This document shows, piece by piece, positions 48,463-58,647 of a stretch of 64,000 nucleotides of DNA. The DNA lies in the NCBI GenBank assembly GCA_034520505.1, contig JAXHNK010000004.1, positions 10,203 to 74,202 of the forward strand, read 5' to 3'. How positions within the stretch are numbered: position 1 is the stretch's first letter; each line of letters starts with the position of its first letter. Under the pieces are notes generated by a model. The model did not search any database, was not told the origin of the DNA, and worked only from the letters and a program-made list of their open reading frames with translations. The translations under genes were made by a program, and so were the position numbers. The stretch is from Anaerolineales bacterium. GTDB taxonomy: Bacteria > Chloroflexota > Anaerolineae > Anaerolineales > UBA11858.

Positions 48463-49806
48463 ATGAGGAGCAACCAACAGAGAATCATTCCTATCCTGAT
48501 CGTCATAGCTCTGGCGATATTCATAGACCTCCCCAACCATCCCGGAATCCATATTGGGGGCATTGATCGGGAGATCAAGACCCATCTGGGGCTGGATCTG
48601 GTAGGCGGGGTCCAGGCCCTGCTGGAAGCTGATCTGCCGGAAGACACCGCTGTGGACCCGGAGAGTATGCGCACAGCCCGCCGGATCATCGAAAGCCGGG
48701 TGAACGCTCTAGGCGTTTCAGAAGCAGTGGTTCAAATTGCTGGTGATCGGCGGATTTTAATCGAACTTCCGGGAGAAAGTGATCCAGAAAAAGCTTTTTC
48801 TACTGTCAGGGAAACTGCCCTGCTGGAATTTGTCCACCTGGGCGATATCCCGACTCAAGAAATATTCCAACTTGCGGGCCAAACTATCCAGACCGATTTC
48901 GGTCAGCAAGAAGACCCTGTTTCTGATCAAAAAACATATCATACCGTGATGACCGGGGCAGCGATAAAACAGGTTGGCGTCCAGCGGAATCAAACCACCG
49001 GTGATTACCTGGTTGGCTTTGAATTGACCGCTGAGGGCGCCCAGACGTTTGCTGAATACACAACGCAAAACGTAGGCAACGCGCTGGCCATTGTCCTGGA
49101 TAAAAAAGTCCTCACAGCCCCCCAGATCAATGAGCCAATCACTGGAGGAGTGGGTTCGATCAGCGGCAATTTCACAGCAGAGAGCGCCAACGAGCTGGCA
49201 ATCCAACTCCGTTACGGCTCCCTGCCCATCCCTCTCAAAATCGTTCAAACGGAAACCATCGGACCTACCCTGGGAGACGAGTCCCTGGACAAGAGCCTGG
49301 TTGCCGGCGTGATTGGCCTGGCCGTGGTCATGATCTTTATGGCCCTTTATTACCGGCTTCCCGGGGTGATTGCCGACCTGGCATTAATTGTTTACGCCCT
49401 GATCACTTTTGCTTTTTACCGCCTGATTCCGGTCACCCTCACCTTGCCGGGCATAGCAGGCTTTGTGCTCAGCATCGGAGTCGCTGTAGATGCCAATGTG
49501 CTGATCTTCGAGCGTCTGAAAGAAGAGCTCCGGAATGGTCGGACTATTCGACAAGCGATCAACCTGGGATGGGATCGGGCCTGGCCTTCCATCCGCGATT
49601 CCAATTTGTCCACTTTGATCACATCGGCAATCCTCTACTGGTTCGGGAACGCTTTCGGAGCCAGCATCGTCAAAGGATTTTCCCTGACCCTGGCCGTTGG
49701 TGTCCTGGTCAGTCTCTTTACGGCCGTCACTGTGACCCGGACGTTCTTACACATCGCCCTGGATAACATCAAAGCTGCTGAACGCCCCGGCCTGTTCGGA
49801 GTATAA
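48463..49806 (+). CDS. secD: Protein translocase subunit SecD
   Basis: LGLDLVGG, LAIVLD, IGPTLG, LTLPGIAG and AVDANVLIFER motifs. Confidence 0.97.
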   Translation: MRSNQQRIIPILIVIALAIFIDLPNHPGIHIGGIDREIKTHLGLDLVGGVQALLEADLPEDTAVDPESMRTARRIIESRVNALGVSEAVVQIAGDRRILIELPGESDPEKAFSTVRETALLEFVHLGDIPTQEIFQLAGQTIQTDFGQQEDPVSDQKTYHTVMTGAAIKQVGVQRNQTTGDYLVGFELTAEGAQTFAEYTTQNVGNALAIVLDKKVLTAPQINEPITGGVGSISGNFTAESANELAIQLRYGSLPIPLKIVQTETIGPTLGDESLDKSLVAGVIGLAVVMIFMALYYRLPGVIADLALIVYALITFAFYRLIPVTLTLPGIAGFVLSIGVAVDANVLIFERLKEELRNGRTIRQAINLGWDRAWPSIRDSNLSTLITSAILYWFGNAFGASIVKGFSLTLAVGVLVSLFTAVTVTRTFLHIALDNIKAAERPGLFGV

Positions 49807-49817
49807 CGAGGTAACTT

Positions 49818-50738
49818 ATGTTCAACATCGTCCAACGAAGATACTTATATTTCGCCATTTCCTTGATTGTGATCATTCCGGGATCGATCGCCCTCGCTGT
49901 CTGGGGGCTTTCTGCGGGAATCGATTTTACCGGCGGCAGTTTTCTGGAAGTCAGTTTTGACAGCGGAAACCGCCCCTCCACCGAAGAAGTGATCAATCTT
50001 TTTAACGATTACGGCTACACCGACCCCCAGGTTCAAACTGCGGGAGAAAAAAACATAGTCATCCGTTCTAAGGAAATTGATGAAGAGACGAGGAGCGCTC
50101 TGCTTGCTGAAATGGAAACGCGTTTTGACAGCCAGATTACCATGCAGCGTTTCGAGAGCGTTGGTCCCTCTGTCGGCCAGGAGGTGGCCCAGAGGGCGGC
50201 TGGAGCTGTCGGGTTAGCCGCTCTGGGTATCCTGCTGTACATCACTTACGCCTTCCGGGGCGTTGAGCATGCTTTTCGTTATGGAGCGGCTGCAATTATC
50301 GCGATGCTCCATGATGTCATCCTGGTCATAGGGATCGAGGCTATCCTCGGTCATTATCTGGGCTGGGAAGCGGATGCTCTCTTTTTGACTGCATTACTGA
50401 CCATCATCGGCTTCTCGGTGCACGATTCCATTGTGGTCTTTGACCGCATCCGGGAGAATTCCCGCATTTACCGCCGTCTTCCCTATGAAACCCTGGTGAA
50501 CCATTCCATCGTCCAGACCCTGGACAGATCAATCAACACCCAGCTGACCGTGATGCTCACCCTGCTGGCGTTGGCCCTCTTTGGCGGCTCGACCATCCGC
50601 CATTTTGTGGTGATCCTCCTCATTGGTGTGTTCAGCGGCACCTATTCTTCTATCTTCAACGCCGCGCCTATCCTCGTGGTCTGGGAAAACAAAGAATGGA
50701 AAAACTGGTTCAGGAAAAAGAAACCCTCCCGGGCCTAA
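49818..50738 (+). CDS. secF: Protein translocase subunit SecF
   Basis: GIDFTGG, VGPSVG, SVHDSIVVFDRIRE and GTYSSIF motifs. Confidence 0.97.
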   Translation: MFNIVQRRYLYFAISLIVIIPGSIALAVWGLSAGIDFTGGSFLEVSFDSGNRPSTEEVINLFNDYGYTDPQVQTAGEKNIVIRSKEIDEETRSALLAEMETRFDSQITMQRFESVGPSVGQEVAQRAAGAVGLAALGILLYITYAFRGVEHAFRYGAAAIIAMLHDVILVIGIEAILGHYLGWEADALFLTALLTIIGFSVHDSIVVFDRIRENSRIYRRLPYETLVNHSIVQTLDRSINTQLTVMLTLLALALFGGSTIRHFVVILLIGVFSGTYSSIFNAAPILVVWENKEWKNWFRKKKPSRA

Positions 50739-50764
50739 GCCAGACAACCGCTTACCAAATACCT

Positions 50765-50795
50765 AAAAGGGCTGCCAGTCCAGGCAGCCCTTTTT
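50765..50795. terminator. Bidirectional intrinsic terminator
   Basis: AAAAGGGCTGCC-AGTCCA-GGCAGCCCTTTTT between convergent secF and the TadG-like gene. Confidence 0.85.
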
Positions 50796-50815
50796 GATTC
50801 CCCATAGCTTGCACC

Positions 50816-52162
50816 CTATTTCAGCATATCCAGATAAGGTGGGTTTTCAAAGTTTTCATCTTCATTGAAGTTAATATCAATGGTCGCCCCACCGCTGACC
50901 TCCACATTATTGCCAATCAGCTGGGTGTTAAATGTAGGATCCGTTCCGCTGGATCCCGAAGCAAAGATCTCGCCGTCCGGTGCATAGATCGTTCCCAGGT
51001 AGAACGAGGTGCTGTTTCCGGTCAGGCTAATTACGCTGTCATTGCCCAGGGCCATATAAATCAGCACACCGGGGATTGCCGGCGAGGGATCTGGATTCTC
51101 TTCTGGCGCCCGCAGATCGACCGGCTCCACATTACCGTTCACGGTCATTCCTCCGGTTTCCAGATAGATCGTCACCCCGAGACCGGTGACATCACCGCCA
51201 TTAATTACCACTCCCTGCGAATCTGTCACACAGTACAATCCGGGATTCAGGGTCAACGATCCTCCAGTCCACTTGATCCGGGAGTAAACCCCCGGCTCCA
51301 GAGTTGCATCCCCGCCGTGAGGCACGGTGCGGTCCGGCAGCCCGGAACAGTCGGGTGGATTTACTTCCGTGGAATAACTGGGGATGGGATGAGGGATATA
51401 CTCCGGGGAGGGATAGATGTTGGTCAGCGTTCCTGTGCTTGCTCCAGCGAAGCCCACACCTCCATCGTAAACATTGACAGTAAAATCATTTCCGTTTCCA
51501 GTCAAACAACCGTTGGACCACACTCCCCCGCCGGTCACTTTGGTAGTACTGCTGCCAGAAAAAATCACCCCGTTCTGGTTTCCAGAACAAGCCCCCTCAT
51601 TGAGCGCGATGATCGCGTGCCCAAAAGCTAAAGGGGCTGGAGGATAAATCCTGGAAATGGCCTCGACCTGGTTGCGCAGCGGTCCATCGTAAACCATGTG
51701 GGCAAAGTTGGACTGGGTATCCTTGGTAATCAAGGTGGTGATATCAATATGCTTATCCAGATAACTGCCCCGATCCAGGATTTCACACTCCGCTATCACC
51801 CCGTGTTGGTCGCTGATATCGGCGTCGATCGTATAATCATTGGTCGCAGCCCGGTTAATTGCTTCATACTCAGCGGCGGCCTGAACAGCCATCATCTCGG
51901 ATGTCCCGCAAACAAACCCGTTGTAATTGACATTATAGGTCCGCATATAATTAGCCGCCCCGCTGGCCCCGGCAAGGGAGGAAGTGTCGGCAGCATTCTG
52001 AGCATGGCGGCGGTCGGAATAAAGCATCCCTCCATCAATCGCCAGGGCAGCAAAACCCATCAACCCCACCAATCCTATTGCGATAAAAGCCAGCACCTGA
52101 CCCCGCTCCCCTTTTTTATCTTTAAAATAACTAGTAAATATGTTCATTTTCTCAATCCTCAT
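50816..52162 (-). CDS. TadG-like Flp pilus assembly protein (Tad N-terminus, Gly-rich beta-repeat C-terminus)
   Basis: ERGQ-hydrophobic helix-AIDGG..AQNAADTSSLAGA; LEPGVY and LNPGLY repeats. Confidence 0.87.
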   Translation of the reverse strand: MRIEKMNIFTSYFKDKKGERGQVLAFIAIGLVGLMGFAALAIDGGMLYSDRRHAQNAADTSSLAGASGAANYMRTYNVNYNGFVCGTSEMMAVQAAAEYEAINRAATNDYTIDADISDQHGVIAECEILDRGSYLDKHIDITTLITKDTQSNFAHMVYDGPLRNQVEAISRIYPPAPLAFGHAIIALNEGACSGNQNGVIFSGSSTTKVTGGGVWSNGCLTGNGNDFTVNVYDGGVGFAGASTGTLTNIYPSPEYIPHPIPSYSTEVNPPDCSGLPDRTVPHGGDATLEPGVYSRIKWTGGSLTLNPGLYCVTDSQGVVINGGDVTGLGVTIYLETGGMTVNGNVEPVDLRAPEENPDPSPAIPGVLIYMALGNDSVISLTGNSTSFYLGTIYAPDGEIFASGSSGTDPTFNTQLIGNNVEVSGGATIDINFNEDENFENPPYLDMLK

Positions 52163-52169
52163 AGGTAAA

Positions 52170-52622
52170 TCAGGGACATATAGGTGACAGGATGGTATCT
52201 TCCACGCTGGTGGACATGGCTATATCCTGGGTGCCCAGCAGTGAACCCAGAAAAGGCATGGTGATGGGCAGCGAATAATCGACCGATACCCGGACCCCAT
52301 TCCCAGGGCCTGAACAAGGGCTGCCAATGATCTGAGTGCTGATCGAGAGTTCGTTCAAATCAATGGGGACAACGGAAGGATCCGAAGGATCAATAAACGC
52401 TGTTTCCACCCGGTTTTCCACCTTGTTTTGAAAAGCAGTGAGATCACTCTTATCAGCAATAGCTCCGTACACGGCTCCTTCCTGGGCTGCATCCCGGATG
52501 ATCATATAAGCGAAAAAGGCCCGGCCCAGATCTACAACCCCGGCCAGCAAGGTGAGCAAAAATACCAGGCTCATCGCCAACTCCACCATGCTTTGCCCAC
52601 TTTCAGTTCTTTTCCTTTGCAT
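52170..52622 (-). CDS. TadE-like minor pilin
   Basis: ESGQSMVELA, DLGRAF and DAAQEGAVYG motifs; ATG at 52622 after AAAGGA (ORF extends to 52655). Confidence 0.9.
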   Translation of the reverse strand: MQRKRTESGQSMVELAMSLVFLLTLLAGVVDLGRAFFAYMIIRDAAQEGAVYGAIADKSDLTAFQNKVENRVETAFIDPSDPSVVPIDLNELSISTQIIGSPCSGPGNGVRVSVDYSLPITMPFLGSLLGTQDIAMSTSVEDTILSPICP

Positions 52623-52655
52623 GCTAATTCCTTTAAGATTTTTACCATTCATCAT

Positions 52656-55208
52656 CTAGGGCACTGGGATTTCTACGGATTCCGTGCAGCTGGTTCCCGT
52701 TGCGCTGTGTTCAAAATTCACACTGAGGCTGTGATTGCCGCTGGACAATTCTTTTGCAAATTGTATGAACAGGTCACCGGTGGCTAAGGACTGGAAACTC
52801 TGGGATGCAGAAAAGTTAAGTGTTCCCGGGGATTCGTTGCCGCTGTAAACTTCACTCCCATCAAACATAATTGTATTCAATCTCGGTTTTCCGGTAGCAG
52901 GATCAGGCCAGGTGATCGTTCCCCCGGTAAAGGTCACCGTTTCTCCATCGTTGACCAGGGACCAGGTAAGGGAATCTGTGCCCACTGAATAGAGGTAGGT
53001 GCCGACATCACAGGGAGTGATTTCATCATCTTCGATATATATCTTGTGTTGGGTCAGATCCCCCAGGACGGCATTGGTAGGAGTCCCCATGCTGATCTGG
53101 ACAAACTCGTCAGGGTCGTACACCGCATCATCCAGGATCCCAACTGAAAAAGTCTGGCTTAATGTTCCAGCAGGTATGACAACTTCAACTGTGTTAGCCG
53201 TATAATCTGCGTCCTGAGTTGCAGTTCCAGAATAGGCCAGGGGGACCCGGACATCATCTGCCGATCCGTGGCTGAGGTTCACCTGCACACTGACCGAACC
53301 GCCGGTTTCCAACACATTCTGGCTGCTGAGCTGAAAGGCAACTTCAGGGGGCGCATCATCATCTTCAATGGTAACGGTATGGGTTGTGGGAGAACTCAAG
53401 CTGAACGTCAGGGTCCCAGAACTTTCAACCGCGCTGACCAGGTCAATGATAATCGTTTCATCGGCTTCATTGATTTGATCTTCATTGATCTGCACCAGGA
53501 TATCCTCGTGAGATCTGCCGGAAGCTATGGTCAAGGGACTGGGGTCGATCAAATAATCGCTTCCCGAGCCTGCTTGAGCAGTACCAGAAAGGGAATAATT
53601 TACCTCAATGTCCTCAAACCAGGCGTTGGACAAATCCACCCCCACATGTAAATAGATATTGCCTTCAATTACCCTGGTGCTGGTATCGGTAAAATAAACC
53701 GTTGGTTCCGGGGTGCCTTCGGTGATCACAATATCCTGGCTGCTTGGAGAACCCAAATCGGCATTGTCTGAATCCTGCAGGGTCAGGGTCAAAATTTCAT
53801 CCTCTTCCCAACCATCACCTTCAGAAATCAAAATTTCTATATCCACACTTTTGCTTCCTGCAGGGATTGTCAGCGGGGAGGGAGTATTGAGCGTGAAGTC
53901 ATCCGCGGTGACTGTCCCGGAGGTGGTGAATGGAACGGCGATTTCTTTCCCGGAAACTTCCGAAAGGGTAATCGTGGTGTAATATACACCAATTTCTTCG
54001 GAAACAACCTGGCTGCTGGAGTTGAAGGCAACCTGCGGCGGAGAATCATTATCCTCAATGGTCAGGGTGTGTCTCGTCTGATCGCCAAGCAGGCCGTTGG
54101 TCGGTGTTTCCAGGTCCAGGTAGACATGTTCATCATTTTCATCAATTTGATCATCTTTGATGGTCACAGTGACCATACCGGAAAGAGATCCGGAGGGAAT
54201 GACCACCGAAGTGGGGCTGTAGGTATAATCTTGGTATTCACCCCAATCAGCCGTACCAGAACTGGAAATAGGGACAGTCACATCCTGGTTGGAGCCCTTT
54301 GACAGCTCCAGCATGATACCCACCGTGTTCATCGATTCAGATTTGGTGCTGCTGGCCACTGAGAATTCTACCTGGGGCGGGTCTGCCAGGATCACGGTGT
54401 GAATGTCCTGGGGTCCTTTGGTAGCGTTGGTGGGGGTTCCTAACCCGATGATGATGGATTCATCCCCTTCTTCAATCCCATCATTAACTAGATTAATGGA
54501 GACTGTAGCTGTAGTCAGTCCTGCAGGAATGACCACCGGATTGGCCGCAAGTGTATAATCCTGCCCTTCCAGAGCGGTTCCGGTCAGCTGCAGGGGAACA
54601 GACACGTCATTGGTTGAAGCCTGATTGAGGATCAAATCCACAGTAATCACCCCGGCGGTTTCTTCAGCTCGCTGGGCAGTGGTTTTAAAATTGACGTCAG
54701 TCAGCGCCCCGGAAATTGACCCTGCGCCAGTTCCGGTGCTGCCCATTTTCACGTTCTTCAAAATAGTCCGGTTGGCACTGGAACGAATGGGAATGGGCGA
54801 AAAATTACCCACGGGAGAAAAGGGGGTAAGCTCAGCGTTGACCGTGACAGCAATTTTATCCGCCAGGCCGATTTCCTGCGCAGGTGGGCAGGATGTGGAA
54901 TAAACGCCGTATTCGTTGCTGTACTGAATGGTGATATCACTGTCCTCAATCCCCGCAAACTTACCAATCCTTTTGGCTGCCTCCCGGATCCCACTGCAGT
55001 CCTCATATTGAGGAATTCCTCCAATATCTTGAATAGCGGCGCCGTAGCGGGCCGCTTCCCTGCTGGCCGCAATGGCTGCTGAATAGGAAAACATCATCCT
55101 GCCGAATTCAAAGACCCCGAAAACAAGAATTAACAACAGGGGAAAGACCAGTGAAAATTCCACCATTCCCTGACCCTTCTGTTTTTTGTTAGTATATTTT
55201 GTTTCCAT
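52656..55208 (-). CDS. TadE-like pilin fused to five Calx-beta repeats
   Basis: KGQGMVEF..FEFGR..ASREAARYG, then five repeats of VxF..E..GTA..DY..IPAG..DD..E.DE..HT..I.DD. Confidence 0.9.
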   Translation of the reverse strand: METKYTNKKQKGQGMVEFSLVFPLLLILVFGVFEFGRMMFSYSAAIAASREAARYGAAIQDIGGIPQYEDCSGIREAAKRIGKFAGIEDSDITIQYSNEYGVYSTSCPPAQEIGLADKIAVTVNAELTPFSPVGNFSPIPIRSSANRTILKNVKMGSTGTGAGSISGALTDVNFKTTAQRAEETAGVITVDLILNQASTNDVSVPLQLTGTALEGQDYTLAANPVVIPAGLTTATVSINLVNDGIEEGDESIIIGLGTPTNATKGPQDIHTVILADPPQVEFSVASSTKSESMNTVGIMLELSKGSNQDVTVPISSSGTADWGEYQDYTYSPTSVVIPSGSLSGMVTVTIKDDQIDENDEHVYLDLETPTNGLLGDQTRHTLTIEDNDSPPQVAFNSSSQVVSEEIGVYYTTITLSEVSGKEIAVPFTTSGTVTADDFTLNTPSPLTIPAGSKSVDIEILISEGDGWEEDEILTLTLQDSDNADLGSPSSQDIVITEGTPEPTVYFTDTSTRVIEGNIYLHVGVDLSNAWFEDIEVNYSLSGTAQAGSGSDYLIDPSPLTIASGRSHEDILVQINEDQINEADETIIIDLVSAVESSGTLTFSLSSPTTHTVTIEDDDAPPEVAFQLSSQNVLETGGSVSVQVNLSHGSADDVRVPLAYSGTATQDADYTANTVEVVIPAGTLSQTFSVGILDDAVYDPDEFVQISMGTPTNAVLGDLTQHKIYIEDDEITPCDVGTYLYSVGTDSLTWSLVNDGETVTFTGGTITWPDPATGKPRLNTIMFDGSEVYSGNESPGTLNFSASQSFQSLATGDLFIQFAKELSSGNHSLSVNFEHSATGTSCTESVEIPVP

Positions 55209-55383
55209 GTTTTTCCTTGTCCGGAAGCCTAATTATGTTTGACTTTAATTTAATAACTACTTCTAACTATAGACCAACATCCGGATATAACAAGGGGCCC
55301 TATCAGAACTGTTCATCCTTTTACTTAAAGGTACAGTCCTCCTAACAAGATCGCAAAGTATATTGCAACAGCTTAATTTTTAT

Positions 55384-56142
55384 TCAGCTCAAATAGGGAA
55401 AAATATAGAAAAAATAAATCACACTGGCGACCAAAAACGGTCCGTAAGGAAGGGCATCGTAAGCCCGGTAAGTGCGCGTGATCAACCGGGTCAGCAAATA
55501 GATTCCACTCCCTAATCCCCCCAGGATGATGGCTAAAAATAATCCAGCCAGCACCCCCGGCCAGCCTAACAACAAACCCATGATCCCGGCCAGGTTTACA
55601 TCTCCAAATCCAAGCGCAATTTCATCAATCGTTTCCCCCCGCCTTTGTGACATCCAGCGCACAAAAAGACCGCCCAGGAAATATAACCCCAGCATGATCC
55701 CAAAACCCCCTATGCCTCCCGCCAGGGTGCTCAACCCGCCGTGAAGTGAAATCCCATAAACCAACCCTCCCAGCGCGCCGACCAGGCTGACCGGATGTAA
55801 AATCAACCGGTGTTCCATATCGATGACAGTTACCAGGCCGAAATAAGTCAACCAGGCCATCCCGCTGTAATAACCCAACGCGGGAGGCGGCCAAAACCAG
55901 ATCAGGACCGAAATCAGGGGTCCACTGATGAACACCAGCCAGTGTCGGGCCGATTCGTCCTGCCCGCAGCTACTACAGCTTCCGGGATACAGAATACTCA
56001 GCCAGGATCTGGCCTGACCGCATTCCTGGCAGAGAGGGTGAGACATTTTTCTGGTCCGGGGAAGGACATCACTCAAATAGTTGACCGCCGTAGAAGCAGT
56101 CCAGCCGATCAATCCTGCCCATAGTAAAGTTAGCATGCTCAT
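55384..56142 (-). CDS. Prepilin peptidase (A24)
   Basis: CQECG/CSSCG zinc motif, IDMEHRLI, LGFGDVNL and LPYGPFL. Confidence 0.92.
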   Translation of the reverse strand: MSMLTLLWAGLIGWTASTAVNYLSDVLPRTRKMSHPLCQECGQARSWLSILYPGSCSSCGQDESARHWLVFISGPLISVLIWFWPPPALGYYSGMAWLTYFGLVTVIDMEHRLILHPVSLVGALGGLVYGISLHGGLSTLAGGIGGFGIMLGLYFLGGLFVRWMSQRRGETIDEIALGFGDVNLAGIMGLLLGWPGVLAGLFLAIILGGLGSGIYLLTRLITRTYRAYDALPYGPFLVASVIYFFYIFPYLS

Positions 56143-56230
56143 ATTATAATTGGTTTACTGCCTTCGATCAGGAAATTTTCTCCTTTTTCAGTAGGCATGA
56201 TCAGGACAACCCTCATTAAAAGGATATCTA

Positions 56231-57517
56231 ATGGAAAAATTTATCATTCAAGGAGGAAATCCGCTGCGGGGAACGGTCACACCCTCCGGTAATAAAAATG
56301 CAGCCCTGCCGTTAATGGCTGCCTGCTTGCTTACATCAGAACCCGTTGTGCTCCACAACCTGCCTGAAATCCGGGATGTTCAAACCATGCGATCGCTGCT
56401 GGCCAGTCTGGGCGTAAAAATTACCCATCAGGGCGGACATTCCTGGAAATTTCATGCTGAAGAAGTCCAACCGGATAAACTAGATCAAGACCTCTGCAGT
56501 CAAATCAGGGCTTCGGTTCTTTTGGCAGGACCGGTGTGCGCCCGGGTAGGAAAACTCCGGCTCCCCCCTCCGGGCGGGGATGTTATCGGCCAGCGCAGAA
56601 TTGACACCCATATCATCGCTCTGCGGGCGCTGGGGGTGCAGGCAGCTTATTCCCCTTCTGAAAAACTGTTCAGGTTTACCGCCGACCGCCTCCAGGGAGC
56701 CGACATTTTGCTGGATGAAGCCAGCGTAACCGCCACAGAGAACGCCCTGATGGCCGCAGTGACAGCTGAGGGAAATACAATTTTGCGCAATGCCGCTTCC
56801 GAACCTCATGTCCAGGAACTATGTGCATTCCTCAACAATCTGGGCGCAAACATCAACCATGTAGGGTCAAACACCCTGGAAATTGAAGGGGTTTCTTCGC
56901 TGGGGGCAGGTGAATTCACCGTAGGTCCTGACTATCTGGAAGTGGTCAGCTTTATTGGAGCAGCCATCGTGACCGGGGGTGAAATCACCATCAAGGACGC
57001 CGGCGTGGAGCATCTGGGAATGATCAAGATGGTTTTCAATCAGCTAGGCGTGGACTGGGAAACCCGCGGGGATGACATCCATGTTCCCCCGGATCAAAAA
57101 CTGGAAATAATTCCCGATTTTCGGGGGGGGATCCCAGAAATCAGCGTCATGCCCTGGCCCGCTTTCCCTTCGGATTTAATGTCAATTGCCATCGTAGTCG
57201 CCACTCAATCGAAGGGGAACGTCCTCTTTCACGATTGGATGTACGAAGGCCGCATGTATTTTACCGACAAGCTTACCGGGATGGGAGCCCAGATTGTGCT
57301 CTGTGATCCCCACCGCTGTATTGTCAATGGACCATCTGACCTGGTCAACGGCCATGTGGACAGCCCCGATATCCGGGCAGGATTGGCCCTGGTTTTAGCA
57401 GCTCTGGCTGCCCGGGGGGAGAGTGTAATCCGCAATGTCGGTCAGATTGACCGCGGTTATGAACGGATCGAAGAAAAATTACGCAGCTTAGGAGCAGAAA
57501 TTGTCCGGGAGAAATAA
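56231..57517 (+). CDS. murA: UDP-N-acetylglucosamine 1-carboxyvinyltransferase (Asp-type active site)
   Basis: GNKNAALP, IRAS, PGGDVIGQR, SVTATEN, NAASEP, PDIRAG and IDRGYE motifs. Confidence 0.96.
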   Translation: MEKFIIQGGNPLRGTVTPSGNKNAALPLMAACLLTSEPVVLHNLPEIRDVQTMRSLLASLGVKITHQGGHSWKFHAEEVQPDKLDQDLCSQIRASVLLAGPVCARVGKLRLPPPGGDVIGQRRIDTHIIALRALGVQAAYSPSEKLFRFTADRLQGADILLDEASVTATENALMAAVTAEGNTILRNAASEPHVQELCAFLNNLGANINHVGSNTLEIEGVSSLGAGEFTVGPDYLEVVSFIGAAIVTGGEITIKDAGVEHLGMIKMVFNQLGVDWETRGDDIHVPPDQKLEIIPDFRGGIPEISVMPWPAFPSDLMSIAIVVATQSKGNVLFHDWMYEGRMYFTDKLTGMGAQIVLCDPHRCIVNGPSDLVNGHVDSPDIRAGLALVLAALAARGESVIRNVGQIDRGYERIEEKLRSLGAEIVREK

Positions 57518-57525
57518 ACAGCAAG

Positions 57526-58557
57526 ATGAGTTTACACGAAGAAATTTTTGAACAACCTCAGGTACTAAGCACCATGTTCACCGACCAGCGATCAAAGTTA
57601 CAGCAGCTGGCCGGAAAAATAGGCAAACCGCGGCATATCTTTATTGCGGCCCGGGGGTCATCAGACAACGCAGCCAGATATGCCAAGTATGTCTGGGGAG
57701 CTTTCAATCAAATTCCGGTCACCCTGGCGACCCCTTCTCTATTCAGCCTTTATCAACAACCCCCGGATTTATCTGACATGCTGGTAATCGGCATCTCCCA
57801 ATCTGGCGAATCTCCCGACCTGAGCGCGGTCCTGGAAGGGGGAAACGCCCAGGGATGTCAAACCCTGGCCATCACCAACCAATCCTCTTCTCCTTTAGCC
57901 AGGGCTGCAGATGAAGTGATTGACATCGGGGCGGGTCAGGAAAAATCCATCGCGGCCACTAAATCCTACACCGGGCAGCTGGGGGTTATCGCCTGTTTAT
58001 CGGCAGCCTGGAATGGTGATGATGAACAATGGTCCCAATTAGAAAACCTTCCCCGGGTGATCGAAAAGTCCCTGGAAACGGAAACCGTCCTCCAGCGTTA
58101 TGCTGAACTTTTCCAGGAAGTTGAACACTGTATCGTCCTGGGCAGGGGATTTAATTACTCAACCGCTTATGAATGGTCGCTCAAGCTGACGGAATTAGCC
58201 TATGTTTTTGCTCAACCCTATTCCTCGGCAGATTTCCAGCACGGACCAATCGCTGTGGTTCGGGACGGCTTTCCTGTTTTTGCGGTCGCTCCCCACGGAA
58301 AAGTTTTTCCAGATCTGGCCGGGCTGCTCAGCCGCTTGAAATCAGAGCACCGGGCCCGGGTATTGGCTATTTCTAATGATCATAATCTGCTCGACCTGGT
58401 TGACGCCCCAGTTTCCCTGGACCCGCAGCTTCCCGAATGGCTCTCCCCCCTGGCGGCCGTCATTCCCGCTCAGCTATTCAGCTATTACCTGACAGTCGCT
58501 AAGGGTTACGACCCCGACCATCCCCGGGGCTTGACCAAAGTGACCAAAACATACTAA
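57526..58557 (+). CDS. Double-SIS-domain protein (GlmS isomerase-domain / glucosamine-6-phosphate deaminase-like)
   Basis: EIFEQP, ARGSSDNA, ISQSGES, AATKSY, HGP and PRGLTKVT motifs. Confidence 0.9.
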   Translation: MSLHEEIFEQPQVLSTMFTDQRSKLQQLAGKIGKPRHIFIAARGSSDNAARYAKYVWGAFNQIPVTLATPSLFSLYQQPPDLSDMLVIGISQSGESPDLSAVLEGGNAQGCQTLAITNQSSSPLARAADEVIDIGAGQEKSIAATKSYTGQLGVIACLSAAWNGDDEQWSQLENLPRVIEKSLETETVLQRYAELFQEVEHCIVLGRGFNYSTAYEWSLKLTELAYVFAQPYSSADFQHGPIAVVRDGFPVFAVAPHGKVFPDLAGLLSRLKSEHRARVLAISNDHNLLDLVDAPVSLDPQLPEWLSPLAAVIPAQLFSYYLTVAKGYDPDHPRGLTKVTKTY

Positions 58558-58647
58558 AAATCACCTTGCTGGGCGTTGATAAACACCTCATTTTTTTCCT
58601 GCCGGGCTGTATAATCGTTCTCATCGAAACGAGGAGCAAGCACTCTT

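Noticed and set aside
55209-55383. c-di-GMP riboswitch or LexA box upstream of the Tad pilins
   Set aside because: No recognisable riboswitch consensus, and GAAC-T-GTTC has the wrong spacing for a GAAC-N4-GTTC box.
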